In this document: piece by piece, positions 27,333-36,384 of the stretch
Layout: each line of letters begins with the position of its first letter
Numbering within the stretch: position 1 is the stretch's first letter
Assembly: GCA_963698075.1 (NCBI GenBank)
Contig: OY969116.1
Coordinates: forward strand, 83,881 to 147,880
Reading direction: 5' to 3'
Source: an uncultured Candidatus Berkelbacteria bacterium
Lineage (GTDB): Bacteria; Patescibacteriota; UBA1384; UBA12157; JAENIV01
DNA length: 64,000 nt
The notes under the pieces: generated by a model
What the model was told of the DNA's origin: nothing
The model's database searches: none
What the model saw: only the letters and a program-made list of their open reading frames with translations
Program-made: the position numbers and the translations under genes

Positions 27333-28859
27333 TTACTCCCATTCCATCGTTGCAGGTGGTTTATTGGTTATGTCATAGACTACCCGGTTTATATCCTTAA
27401 TCTCATTGGTGATCCGGGTGGAAATACGCTCCAAAATTCCATAAGGAATTTTGGAAAAATTAGCAGTCATCGCATCCTCTGATTCGATGATCCTAATGAC
27501 GATCGGATATTTGTAACTTCTTTCGTCTCCCTGAATGCCTACACTTTTAATTGGAAGCAACACGGCAAAACTCATCCAAATTTTTTGCCAATAATTAGTC
27601 CTTTTAAGTTCCTCTTCAATTATATGTCCTGCCCCTCGAACAATCTCAGCTTTCTCCTTTGTCACCTCACCAACGATTCTTACTGCTAAACCCGGACCGG
27701 GAAAAACTTGTCTTGTCGTAATTTCCTTTGGTAAGTTTATCTTTCTGGCGATTGCTCTAACTTCATCTTTGTACAGCTCACGTAAGGGCTCATATATTTT
27801 TAATTTTAAATTTTTCGGCAAGCCACCGACATTATGGTGAGATTTTATGTTGGAAGAATTTTTTGTAAGCCCGCTCTCAATCCTATCTGGGTAAATGGTG
27901 CCTTGAACCAAAAAAGTTGCTCCGGTTTCTTTGGCGGCCTTTTGAAAGATTGCAATAAAAATTTTCCCAATAATTTTTCTTTTTGATTCGGGCGAAGTCA
28001 CACCTTTGAGTGCTTGAAAAAATATCGGCCCAGCTTGAATAATTTTTAAATTCAAATCAAAATTCTTGAAGATTTTTTTAATATAATCTTGCTCTCCAAA
28101 TCTCATTAAACCAGTGTCAACATAAACGGCCGTAAGATTTTTGCCAATAGCTTTACTTACAAGAATTGCGGCGACGGACGAATCAATCCCACCCGAAAGA
28201 CCAATAATTGCCTTTTCTTGGCCAAAGGTTTCTTTGGCTTCGGCAATTATTTCATCAATCAGGGTTATTCGTTGTCGTTCCTTTTTTAAATGGCACACCT
28301 CAAAGACAAAATTCTCTAATATTTTTCTACCTCTGCGGGTATGGGTTACCTCGGGGTGGAATTGAACACCAAAAATTTTCATTTTCGGATTTTGATATGC
28401 AGCGATTTTTGAGTTTTCAGTTTCAGCGAGTATTTCAAACCCTCTTGGTAGCCTGGTGACCACATCGCGGTGATTCATCCAAACTAGTTGGCTAGATGAA
28501 ATTTTCGAAAAAATTTTTCCGAGGTTAGTTATCCGAAGTTTGGTTAAACCATACTCACCCGAATTGCCAGCCGAGACTTTTCCGCCAAGCAGATGGGCAA
28601 TAAGTTGATGGCCATAGCAAATTCCTAGAGTGGGGATTTGCTTTTTTAAAAAATTAGAACTGATTTTTGGAGCATTTTTCTCATAGACGGAACAAGCGCC
28701 ACCAGAAAGAACAACCCCTTTAATTTTTTCTGTGTTAAGGGTTTTTTCAAACTTTTTTTCATCGCCGATTATTTCAACATTTATCGCTAAGTCCCGAAGC
28801 CGCCGGCTGATCAAATGACAATATTGTCCGCCAAAATCATAAACTATAATTTTATCCAT
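27333..28859 (-). CDS. guaA: GMP synthase (glutamine-hydrolysing)
   Basis: N-terminal GATase and C-terminal ATP-PPase SGGIDS motif; 508 aa. Confidence 0.9.
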   Translation of the reverse strand: MDKIIVYDFGGQYCHLISRRLRDLAINVEIIGDEKKFEKTLNTEKIKGVVLSGGACSVYEKNAPKISSNFLKKQIPTLGICYGHQLIAHLLGGKVSAGNSGEYGLTKLRITNLGKIFSKISSSQLVWMNHRDVVTRLPRGFEILAETENSKIAAYQNPKMKIFGVQFHPEVTHTRRGRKILENFVFEVCHLKKERQRITLIDEIIAEAKETFGQEKAIIGLSGGIDSSVAAILVSKAIGKNLTAVYVDTGLMRFGEQDYIKKIFKNFDLNLKIIQAGPIFFQALKGVTSPESKRKIIGKIFIAIFQKAAKETGATFLVQGTIYPDRIESGLTKNSSNIKSHHNVGGLPKNLKLKIYEPLRELYKDEVRAIARKINLPKEITTRQVFPGPGLAVRIVGEVTKEKAEIVRGAGHIIEEELKRTNYWQKIWMSFAVLLPIKSVGIQGDERSYKYPIVIRIIESEDAMTANFSKIPYGILERISTRITNEIKDINRVVYDITNKPPATMEWE

Positions 28860-28917
28860 ATATTTTAATTATTAAAATTAGGATACCAATTTCTGAGAAC
28901 AAATTCAACTATTTAAA

Positions 28918-29736
28918 TTATTTAGTGAATTTTTTAATCCGATCCTCAATCGCCCTTTTGGTGGTTGTCCCAATAAATTGCTCTTTAACTTTACCGTTTT
29001 CTAAAATCAAAATATTTGGCAGACTCATTACCCCCAACCGCGCCGAAAGCCCGGGATTTTTAGTGACATCAATTTTATAGAACTTGACTTTATCGTTCCA
29101 AATTTTAGCTAAATCATCCAAGTGAGGTTCAATTGTCTTGCAGGCATGGCACCAAGGCGCCCAAAAGTCTAAAAGCACCATCCCCTTTTTGGAAATCTTA
29201 GCAAATTCTTTTTCCTTTAATTCCTCGAGTTTACCGGACACAGTCTTCCTCCTTTGAACCGTTATCCAAAGGACGATTTCATATAATCCAAACATTGTTG
29301 CCACATAAAATAAATCACCCATTAAAGTGTTTCGAAAGAAAGGCAACCCCATTATATACGATTGCATTAGCCCTGGCAAATTATGGGAATACATCGAGTG
29401 CGGCACGGCCCAGACGGCAAAATTAGTCACGAGGAAAAAGATGATCGAACCGAATAAACTTGATCCGATAATGTTGGGAAGGGTTTTATGGTTTTTCAGC
29501 CATAGACCAATTAGACCAATCATCATAAATGAACCATAGACAGAAAGCATTATCCAAGGGTTATAGAAACCTATAAAGGCATCCGAGATTAACACAGCCA
29601 CTATGGGAATGATTAAAGCATATTTCTTGTTCAAGTAGGTTCCGCCAAACAGAGCTATTGCCGCAATGGGGGCAAAGTTCGGTAAGTGGGGAACCAGTCT
29701 TAAGATAATCCCTGCAAGAATGAAAAAAAATGCCAT
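28918..29736 (-). CDS. polytopic membrane domain (ECF S-component-like?) fused to a C-terminal thioredoxin domain
   Basis: about 6 TM helices followed by WAPWCHACK (CxxC); ATG 29736 preceded by AAAGGAGAA. Confidence 0.6.
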   Translation of the reverse strand: MAFFFILAGIILRLVPHLPNFAPIAAIALFGGTYLNKKYALIIPIVAVLISDAFIGFYNPWIMLSVYGSFMMIGLIGLWLKNHKTLPNIIGSSLFGSIIFFLVTNFAVWAVPHSMYSHNLPGLMQSYIMGLPFFRNTLMGDLFYVATMFGLYEIVLWITVQRRKTVSGKLEELKEKEFAKISKKGMVLLDFWAPWCHACKTIEPHLDDLAKIWNDKVKFYKIDVTKNPGLSARLGVMSLPNILILENGKVKEQFIGTTTKRAIEDRIKKFTK

Positions 29737-29766
29737 TCGTTCTCCTTTCTTCATTGTAGCCAATTT

Positions 29767-30456
29767 TTAAAAACTTTCAAATTTCCAAGTGGTAATATCG
29801 CCATCCGTCACCGGTTGAGCTGAAGCCCCAATCATCGAGTAGCTGCCGTTGTAATAAAATGCCCAATAGTAATTGTCATGGCCGCAGATTCCGGCAATGC
29901 AGGTGACAAACGCTCCCAATTCTTCGTAGATTTGATACTCAACACTAAAGCCATTTTCCTGACCTGTGCGAAGAAGAATCGAAAAAGCAGTATCATTAGT
30001 TTGGAGATTAATGGTATAATTGCCGATATTTTCGATTGCCACGGTTGCTTGGTCGGCTGGCGTAGGGGGCGGCGTGGGTGTTGGGCTTGCCCCGAGCGTA
30101 GTCGAGGGGATTGGCGTCGGGGAGGTTGGTCGTGGCGTAGAGGGTTTTTTAGATGATGGTGTCGGGGTGGGCGTGGGTGTTGAAGTTGATTCATTTGTGT
30201 CATTAGGTTGATCAGTCGCTGCTAAAATTTTCCGGCTCTCTGATGGTTTTTCCTCTTTGCTTGCGGCCACTTGAGTATTTCCTAAGTTGTATTCCAACTG
30301 GGTTATTCTTGTTTCGAGTTTATTTTGTTGTTCTTCCAATTTTTGATTTTTGATTTTTAAGTCAGCGACCGTTAACGCTCCGTAGACAAATACTAAAACA
30401 ATCCCAGCGGTAATTGGTAGCCAAAGGTAACTTAATAGTTTTCTCATGCGAAACAT
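29767..30456 (-). CDS. membrane-anchored DUF4430-like protein (coiled coil, Thr/Pro-rich linker, C-terminal DUF4430-like domain)
   Basis: The C-terminus (GAFVTCIAGICGHDNYYWAFYYNGSYSMIGASAQPVTDGDITTWKF) matches the DUF4430 pattern as recalled (G.FV.sIdG..YWmfyVNg...D.Y...DGD.I.W.y). Confidence 0.6.
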   Translation of the reverse strand: MFRMRKLLSYLWLPITAGIVLVFVYGALTVADLKIKNQKLEEQQNKLETRITQLEYNLGNTQVAASKEEKPSESRKILAATDQPNDTNESTSTPTPTPTPSSKKPSTPRPTSPTPIPSTTLGASPTPTPPPTPADQATVAIENIGNYTINLQTNDTAFSILLRTGQENGFSVEYQIYEELGAFVTCIAGICGHDNYYWAFYYNGSYSMIGASAQPVTDGDITTWKFESF

Positions 30457-30475
30457 TTTTTATCTCCTTTTAATT

Positions 30476-30700
30476 TTAAAAAATCCTTAGCTTCGGTCAT
30501 TCATAGATTGCTAAGGAATTGCCTTTCGACCGAAGGACTTAATACAAAAATTTAAAGTTTTCTGGCTTGTCCTGAGCGAACGAAGTGAGTCGAAGGGCTT
30601 ATTCCTCGACTTTGCTCGGAATAAATCTTTCGTTTTGCTCAAGATTTACAGTAGCGTGACTGCCCCGGATTTCCACCGGGATTACCCTTAAATTTAGGTT
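30476..30700 (-). promoter_or_regulatory. cobalamin (B12) riboswitch-like leader with a terminator attenuator, 5' of the DUF4430 gene
   Basis: The minus-strand RNA GGGUAAUCCCGGUGGAAAUCCGGGGCAGUCACGCUACUGUAA (plus coordinates 30648-30687) matches the cobalamin aptamer core (GGUG.GAA.UCC...GCAG...CGCUACUGU). A partial B12-box AAGCCAGAA lies at 30568-30579. The terminator CCTTAGC...GCTAAGG plus U6 ends 9 nt before the RBS. Confidence 0.55.
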
Positions 30701-30716
30701 GAATTATTAAAGTGAA

Positions 30717-31121
30717 TTATTGTAGCTTCTCGAATCGCCAGTCGATTTTGTCGTTATTTTTAGTCTGGTACTGATCAGAACTAACCGAAGCCAGCTCGTT
30801 ATTGACATAAAACATCCAGTAGCTGTCATTGGTATTGGCCGTACCATCGATTGAGGTGACAAAGACACCCATAGAGGAATCCTCTGCTTTGACATCGTGG
30901 CTGGCTTTCAAAATATCCAAGGCAGTTTTGCCCTCTTGACCATCATAAGCAAGAGTCTTTTCGACTACCGGCTGAAATTGATTGGCAATGCCCGAGACTG
31001 TTTTGTTCACCTGTTTTTTGGAAACATAATTTCCGAGCAGACTGCCGCCAATAATCAAAATTGCCCCCAAAATGATAATGGCAATAAGATTCAACAGTCC
31101 CCATGAGTTCTTCTCAGACAT
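30717..31121 (-). CDS. DUF4430-like small membrane-anchored protein (134 aa)
   Basis: GKTALDILKASHDVKAEDSSMGVFVTSIDGTANTNDSYWMFYVNNELASVSSDQYQTKNNDKIDWRF. Confidence 0.6.
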   Translation of the reverse strand: MSEKNSWGLLNLIAIIILGAILIIGGSLLGNYVSKKQVNKTVSGIANQFQPVVEKTLAYDGQEGKTALDILKASHDVKAEDSSMGVFVTSIDGTANTNDSYWMFYVNNELASVSSDQYQTKNNDKIDWRFEKLQ

Positions 31122-31199
31122 ATTTGCTCCCTTTGTCTAGAAATTAATTTGTTAATACATTCTCAACTTAAAGTTGGAATCCAATTGTGTCAAGACCCC

Positions 31200-31739
31200 T
31201 CAATATTCGATTCCCTTCCTGGCTTTAGTGCCTTTGTCAAAAGGGTGCTTAATTTTTTTCATCTCCGTTACCAAATCAGCGATTTTTTTGAGACGAGCGT
31301 GCGCTTTTCGTCCAGTTAATATTACTTCAGCGGTAGACTGTAGTCGGTCAGCTGTTAGCAATGTTATAACTTCATTAATATCGATTAACTCGAACCAGAT
31401 GGCGACGTTGATTTCGTCGAGGATGACAATATCGTGCTCGCCAGCATTAATAATTTCGGCGGCCCTTTTAAGGCCTTTTTGAGCGGCTCGTTTGTGGGCT
31501 TCTTTTGGTTTTTTATCCTCCATTATTTTATAGTAGCCAATGCCGAAAGACTCGATAAGTATGGGAAGGCGATATTTTTTGATGGCTTTGTGTTCTGAAT
31601 AATCCCCTTTTTTCATAAACTGCACAATTGCCACTTTTTTTCCGGCGCCAATTGCACGTAGCGCCAATCCCAAAGCCGCCGTGGTCTTCCCCTTTCCATC
31701 ACCGGTGTAAATATGAATGAGACCTTTTTCTTTTTTCAT
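31200..31739 (-). CDS. btuR: cob(I)yrinic acid a,c-diamide / corrinoid adenosyltransferase (CobA/CobO/BtuR family)
   Basis: GDGKGKTTAALGLALRAIGAGKKVAIVQFMKG P-loop signature; 179 aa. Confidence 0.8.
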   Translation of the reverse strand: MKKEKGLIHIYTGDGKGKTTAALGLALRAIGAGKKVAIVQFMKKGDYSEHKAIKKYRLPILIESFGIGYYKIMEDKKPKEAHKRAAQKGLKRAAEIINAGEHDIVILDEINVAIWFELIDINEVITLLTADRLQSTAEVILTGRKAHARLKKIADLVTEMKKIKHPFDKGTKARKGIEY

Positions 31740-31801
31740 ACAGACATATCATAATCGTTAAATATCGGGTTCGCAAATATTAACACCGAAAATAATATTC
31801 T

Positions 31802-31817
31802 CATATTCTGCAGAATA
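31802..31817. promoter_or_regulatory. 16-bp perfect palindrome ATATTCTGCAGAATAT in the btuR upstream region
   Basis: read in the sequence; flanked by an extra AATATTCT half-site. Confidence 0.3.
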
Positions 31818-31952
31818 TCGGAATCGTTGGTAAGGATAATCCCTTAAATCTGCTCCAGCATAAATAAGGGATAATAAATAGATTGGGATATAGTTTTTTT
31901 AGATACGAAAACGCCGCCCCCGGAATGGGAACGGCGGTTCGTTACTTAGAGA

Positions 31953-32333
31953 CTACTTCTTGTCGGGGTGCACGCCGGTTATACCGGCATACTTGAAGGC
32001 CTCGAGGGCCTTCACGCAGTCCTTGCACGGCACGCGCTTCTCGGCTTCCATCTGCTCGAGGGTAGCGAACTCTGTGGAGCCTATTGGGCTTGGCAGATGC
32101 TTGCCACAGGCGGCGGTATAGCCGCTGGCAGCATAGCCTCCATCGGAGTAGTTGACATAGTGGGCCGGAGCTTCCGGGTCAGTTTTGTCCCAGACGACCC
32201 ATTGGCAGAGTCGAGCGGTTGGTTGCGGTGGCTCCTTCTTGGATAGCTCGAATATCAGGCAGGGTACAAGTATAGGAGCCAGGAAGAGGACAACCAACAA
32301 CATTGGTGCGTGTGCGTTTTCTCTTTCGCCCAT
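31953..32333 (-). CDS. GC-rich hypothetical secreted or membrane-anchored Cys-containing protein (~127 aa)
   Basis: start chosen at ATG after AAGGAG (MGERENAHAPMLLVVLFLAPIL...); the track ORF extends to 32411. Confidence 0.45.
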   Translation of the reverse strand: MGERENAHAPMLLVVLFLAPILVPCLIFELSKKEPPQPTARLCQWVVWDKTDPEAPAHYVNYSDGGYAASGYTAACGKHLPSPIGSTEFATLEQMEAEKRVPCKDCVKALEAFKYAGITGVHPDKK

Positions 32334-32492
32334 CGACTTTCTCCTTTTGTTCATATGAGACAAGTGATTTATCCACCGTATCGGCGGATTTGTAGTCTCC
32401 ATTCTGCCCAAGATAAGAGAGCTTCTCGAGCAGGAAGGAGACTATAAGATTTTAAGGTCCAAATCAGTTATATCCGATCCTGAAACTTTATC

Positions 32493-32521
32493 ATTATAAC
32501 ATAAAAAAGCTCGAATGTCAA
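32493..32521 (-). promoter_or_regulatory. perfect sigma70 promoter TTGACA-17-TATAAT on the minus strand
   Basis: reverse complement of 32493-32521. Confidence 0.5.
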
Positions 32522-32582
32522 GACGCTAACAGGTTAACCTATACGATATTTTATGCTGGAGCGCAAAAAGTAGTATACAATC

Positions 32583-35120
32583 TTACGAGCACTTACTATA
32601 CCCACAAAAATTACATTTCAAACATCCCTCGCCGAGTTCGAGGATTCCGCCACATTCTGGGCAGGCCGGGGCGTCGCCGTAGTCGGCGATTGAACCAACT
32701 TTTGGCTTGGGTGAAAAGCCGTTACTCATGGCTAAATTATCTTGAGCAATATTGGCATCAGCGGCGGCTAGGTTTCCTTGATCTAATTTGGGCTGCTCGG
32801 CGGTTTCATAGGCTAAATCAAGTTTGACTAGTTCTTTCTGAATGTGTTTTTCCAAAACCTTAGCAATCGCATCTGGCAAAGATAAAATCATCGTCCCATC
32901 GTCACCCCACGTCGGTGTCGGCCCGCGAATGCCTTTGAGTTGATTAATAATTTCTTGGGGGTCGATCCCGGAGCGCAGGGCCAAAGAAATCATCCGGCAA
33001 ATGGCTTCCGCTTTAGCGGCAAAAAAGCCGCCGGCTTTGCCTAAGTGAGAAAAGATTTCAAAGGGTTGACCATTTTCATCGTCGTTAATCGTCACATAAA
33101 GTTTGCCGTAGGCGGTTTTCATTCGATAAGTATATCCGTGAATGATGTCCGGTCGATCGCGCGGAACAATTTTGACCGCCCCGGTGGCCATGACTTTTTC
33201 CGTTTCACCTTCCTTGACTTCCTCGGTCTTGGCGGTGGTAAAGACCTGCGTTTCCCGCGAGCCGTCGCGGTAAACCGTTAGGCCTTTGCAGTTCAGTTTA
33301 TAAGCCAGGAGATAGGCCTGTTTAATATCTTCAACGTTGGCTGAGTGAGGAAAATTAATGGTTTTGGAGACGGCGTTATCGGTATATTTTTGGAAAGCTG
33401 CTTGCATTTTAATATGCCACTCTGGCGAAATATCGTGAGCGGTCACAAAAACTTGGCGGATTTTGGCAGGGATTTCCTCAAAATCTTGAATTGAGTTTTT
33501 GGTGGCGATTTTGTCCATCAATTGAGGGCTATAAAAACCTTCTTCTTTGGCGAATTTCTCAAAAGTCGGATTGACATAAATTTGCTCTAACTCGGCCGTG
33601 CCGTCTTGTTTCCAAATCGATTTTTTCCTGATTACAATCGCGAAAAATGGTTCAATTCCGCCAGCGCAGCCGCCGAGTAAACTAAGCGTTCCGGTGGGAG
33701 CGATCGTCGTAATGGTCGAGTTGCGGCGAGGCGTTTTATTACGATAAATGCTTTGTGCAATATTCGGAAAAGCTCCTCGGGTCTTGGCCAGATTTTCCGA
33801 GGCCTTCACTCCCTCATCATGGATAAATTGCATGATTTTTTCGGCTAGTTTAGTCGCCCTTTCGGAGTTATAGGCAAAGCCCAACTCGGCCAGGAGATCA
33901 GCAAATCCCATCACTCCTAAGCCGATTTTCCGATTACCTTTGGTCCAGCGTTCGATTTCTGGCACAAAATAGCGGTTGGCATCAATGATATTATCCATAA
34001 ACCTGACCGCCAGTTGGGTCACCTGACCTAACCTTTGCCAATTAACCTCATTGTTTTTGATCATCACTGCTAAATTGATTGAGCCTAAATTACATGATTC
34101 ATAAGGCAGCAGTGGTTGCTCGCCGCAGGGATTGGTTGATTCAATTGCGCCTAATGCCGGTGTCGGATTATCCTCGTTCATTTTATCAATAAAAATAATT
34201 CCCGGATCGCCATTTTTCCAGGCATTGTCGCAGATCCGCTCAAAAATATCGCCGGCGCGAAGCTCGCCGGTAATCTTTTTCGTGCGAGGGTTGATTAAAT
34301 CGAATGGTTGATTTTTGGCAATTTTAACCATAAAGTCATTGCCCACCGCCACTGATAAATTAAAATTTAAAAAAGACTTCCCGTCAATTTTGGCATCAAT
34401 CCATTTTTCAATGTCGGGATGAGTAACCGGCAAAATTCCCATGTTGGCGCCGACCCTCACCCCGCCCTGCATCACTTCGTGAGCCATGGTATCAAAAATC
34501 CGCATAAAGGAAAGCGGACCGCCGGCCACGCCGCCAGTTGAGCCGACTTTATCGCCGTGAGGACGCAAACGCCCAAAAGAAAAACCGGTGCCACCACCAC
34601 CCTTGTGGATTAAGGCGGTGTTTTTTAAAGCATCGAAAATCCCTTCCATTGAATCTTCAATCGGGACAACAAAACAGGCGGCTAACTGATGAATTCTTCG
34701 GCCAGCCCCGCGAAGCGTTGGCGAATTAGGGAAAAATTCCAGCCGGGCCATAAGCTCATAAAATTTTTGGGAAACCTCGAGGATTTCTTCGGCGTTTTGG
34801 CCATAAAGTTCTTCGGTTTGGGCAATTGTCCAGGCAACTCTCACTAAAAGATCTTTGGCGGTTTCCTCTTCTTCACCCTCTTCTTTGGCTAAATAGCGTT
34901 TGCCAAGAATTTCTAAGGCATTGGAAGAAAATCGCGGTTCTTCCAGAGTCTTTTCGATATCCCAGAGCGTCTTAGTTGGTTTTTTTAATTTGATCTCTTT
35001 TTTAATAATCTTTGTTGGGGCTTTTTTAGGATTATCAAAAAGAGTTTCAAAATTAGTTTCGTCTGTATTCAAAAGTGAAGCAATCCTCACCTTTTCCGGT
35101 TTCATCAGTTCATTACCCAA
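32583..35120 (-). CDS. nrdJ: class II (adenosylcobalamin-dependent) ribonucleotide reductase
   Basis: NPCGEQPLLPYESCNLGSINL active-site motif; 845 aa; C-terminal CPECGG...CLKCNFCG zinc ribbon. Confidence 0.9.
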   Translation of the reverse strand: MGNELMKPEKVRIASLLNTDETNFETLFDNPKKAPTKIIKKEIKLKKPTKTLWDIEKTLEEPRFSSNALEILGKRYLAKEEGEEEETAKDLLVRVAWTIAQTEELYGQNAEEILEVSQKFYELMARLEFFPNSPTLRGAGRRIHQLAACFVVPIEDSMEGIFDALKNTALIHKGGGGTGFSFGRLRPHGDKVGSTGGVAGGPLSFMRIFDTMAHEVMQGGVRVGANMGILPVTHPDIEKWIDAKIDGKSFLNFNLSVAVGNDFMVKIAKNQPFDLINPRTKKITGELRAGDIFERICDNAWKNGDPGIIFIDKMNEDNPTPALGAIESTNPCGEQPLLPYESCNLGSINLAVMIKNNEVNWQRLGQVTQLAVRFMDNIIDANRYFVPEIERWTKGNRKIGLGVMGFADLLAELGFAYNSERATKLAEKIMQFIHDEGVKASENLAKTRGAFPNIAQSIYRNKTPRRNSTITTIAPTGTLSLLGGCAGGIEPFFAIVIRKKSIWKQDGTAELEQIYVNPTFEKFAKEEGFYSPQLMDKIATKNSIQDFEEIPAKIRQVFVTAHDISPEWHIKMQAAFQKYTDNAVSKTINFPHSANVEDIKQAYLLAYKLNCKGLTVYRDGSRETQVFTTAKTEEVKEGETEKVMATGAVKIVPRDRPDIIHGYTYRMKTAYGKLYVTINDDENGQPFEIFSHLGKAGGFFAAKAEAICRMISLALRSGIDPQEIINQLKGIRGPTPTWGDDGTMILSLPDAIAKVLEKHIQKELVKLDLAYETAEQPKLDQGNLAAADANIAQDNLAMSNGFSPKPKVGSIADYGDAPACPECGGILELGEGCLKCNFCGYSKCS

Positions 35121-35231
35121 ATTACCTCCTTAAGGAGAGAGAACAAAAACAAACATCAGATTAGGAAGGGCTTGCCCCGCTTAAGGGGCGCTGATGTCTG
35201 TTTTTGTTTTTATCTTTAAACGATTTTCAAT

Positions 35232-36332
35232 TTATTTCAGTTTTCTTCTGATGAAGGCTGGCACCTCTAACTCATCTTCCAGCTTTTCTTCTTCTTCTGT
35301 TTCCACCAGTTCCTCTCGAAGTGGTGTGGGGCTACTTTCAGCCGTAGCGGTCATTTTTTCCAAACCCGGTCGTGGCGGTTTATCAATATCAAAACCAGTA
35401 GCAATGACGGTAATTTTGATTTCTCCGGACATGGCCTCGTCAATGATAGCGCCAAAAATGATGTTGGCGTCAGGATCCGCCGCCTCCGTAATCGCTTTAG
35501 CGGCTTCGTCAATTTCATACATCCCCATGTCAGTGCCGCCAGTAATATTGAAAAGTATTCCTTTGGCTCCATCGATCGAAAGTTCAAGCAAGGGGGAATC
35601 AATCGCCGCCCGGGCCGCTTCAATTGCCCGATTGTCACCGGAAGCGCGACCAATGCCCATCAACGCCGAACCGGCATCAGCCATGATTGTCCGAACGTCG
35701 GCAAAGTCGACATTAATAATCCCGTGCAAGGTAATTAAATCAGAAATACCCTGAACGCCTTGACGGAGGACATCATCGACAATTCCAAAAGCGTCAAATA
35801 ATGAAGTTTTTTTATCGATAATTTGCAAGAGACGGTCATTAGGAATCGTGATTAAGGTATCAACTTTATCTCTGAGTTCTTCAATACCGAGTTCGGCCAC
35901 CTTCATGCGGCGTTGTCCCTCAAAAGTGAAGGGTTTGGTGACCACGCCGACAGTCAGGGCCCCTAGCTCTTTGGCAATCGAGGCGACCATTGGCCCAGCC
36001 CCTGTGCCAGTTCCCCCACCTGATCCGTACGTAACAAAGACCATATCCGAACCCTTAATGGCCTCATAAACTTCGTCCTTATTTTCTTCGATTGATTTCC
36101 GTCCGAGCTCAACATCAGAACCAGCGCCCAAGCCCCGCGTCGTCTCTTTGCCAATTTGAATTTTGATCGGCGCCTGGTTATGGACTAGCGCTTGAGCGTC
36201 AGTATTAATGGCGATGAATTCAATGCCCTTGAGCTTATGGCTAATCATCCGGTTAATGGCATTGCCGCCCGAACCGCCGACGCCGGCCACCCGGATGGTG
36301 GCGAAAGATTCAATTTCCGAACCTTTTTCCAT
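35232..36332 (-). CDS. ftsZ: cell division GTPase FtsZ
   Basis: [13 protein letters not shown] and [10 protein letters not shown] tubulin signature. Confidence 0.95.
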   Translation of the reverse strand: MEKGSEIESFATIRVAGVGGSGGNAINRMISHKLKGIEFIAINTDAQALVHNQAPIKIQIGKETTRGLGAGSDVELGRKSIEENKDEVYEAIKGSDMVFVTYGSGGGTGTGAGPMVASIAKELGALTVGVVTKPFTFEGQRRMKVAELGIEELRDKVDTLITIPNDRLLQIIDKKTSLFDAFGIVDDVLRQGVQGISDLITLHGIINVDFADVRTIMADAGSALMGIGRASGDNRAIEAARAAIDSPLLELSIDGAKGILFNITGGTDMGMYEIDEAAKAITEAADPDANIIFGAIIDEAMSGEIKITVIATGFDIDKPPRPGLEKMTATAESSPTPLREELVETEEEEKLEDELEVPAFIRRKLK

Positions 36333-36384
36333 TGATAATTCCCTAATTTAGGGCCTGCCCTGAAGTTTGGCAAAAGCCAATACT

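Noticed and set aside
30457-30716. TPP riboswitch (because of a CTGAGCG motif on the plus strand)
   Set aside because: The motif is on the wrong strand for the downstream gene, and the ACCUGAUCUGGAUAAUGCCAGCG core is absent. The minus-strand RNA instead fits the cobalamin aptamer core.
35194-35754. 186-aa Ser-rich ORF on the plus strand
   Set aside because: It is antisense to ftsZ and low-complexity.
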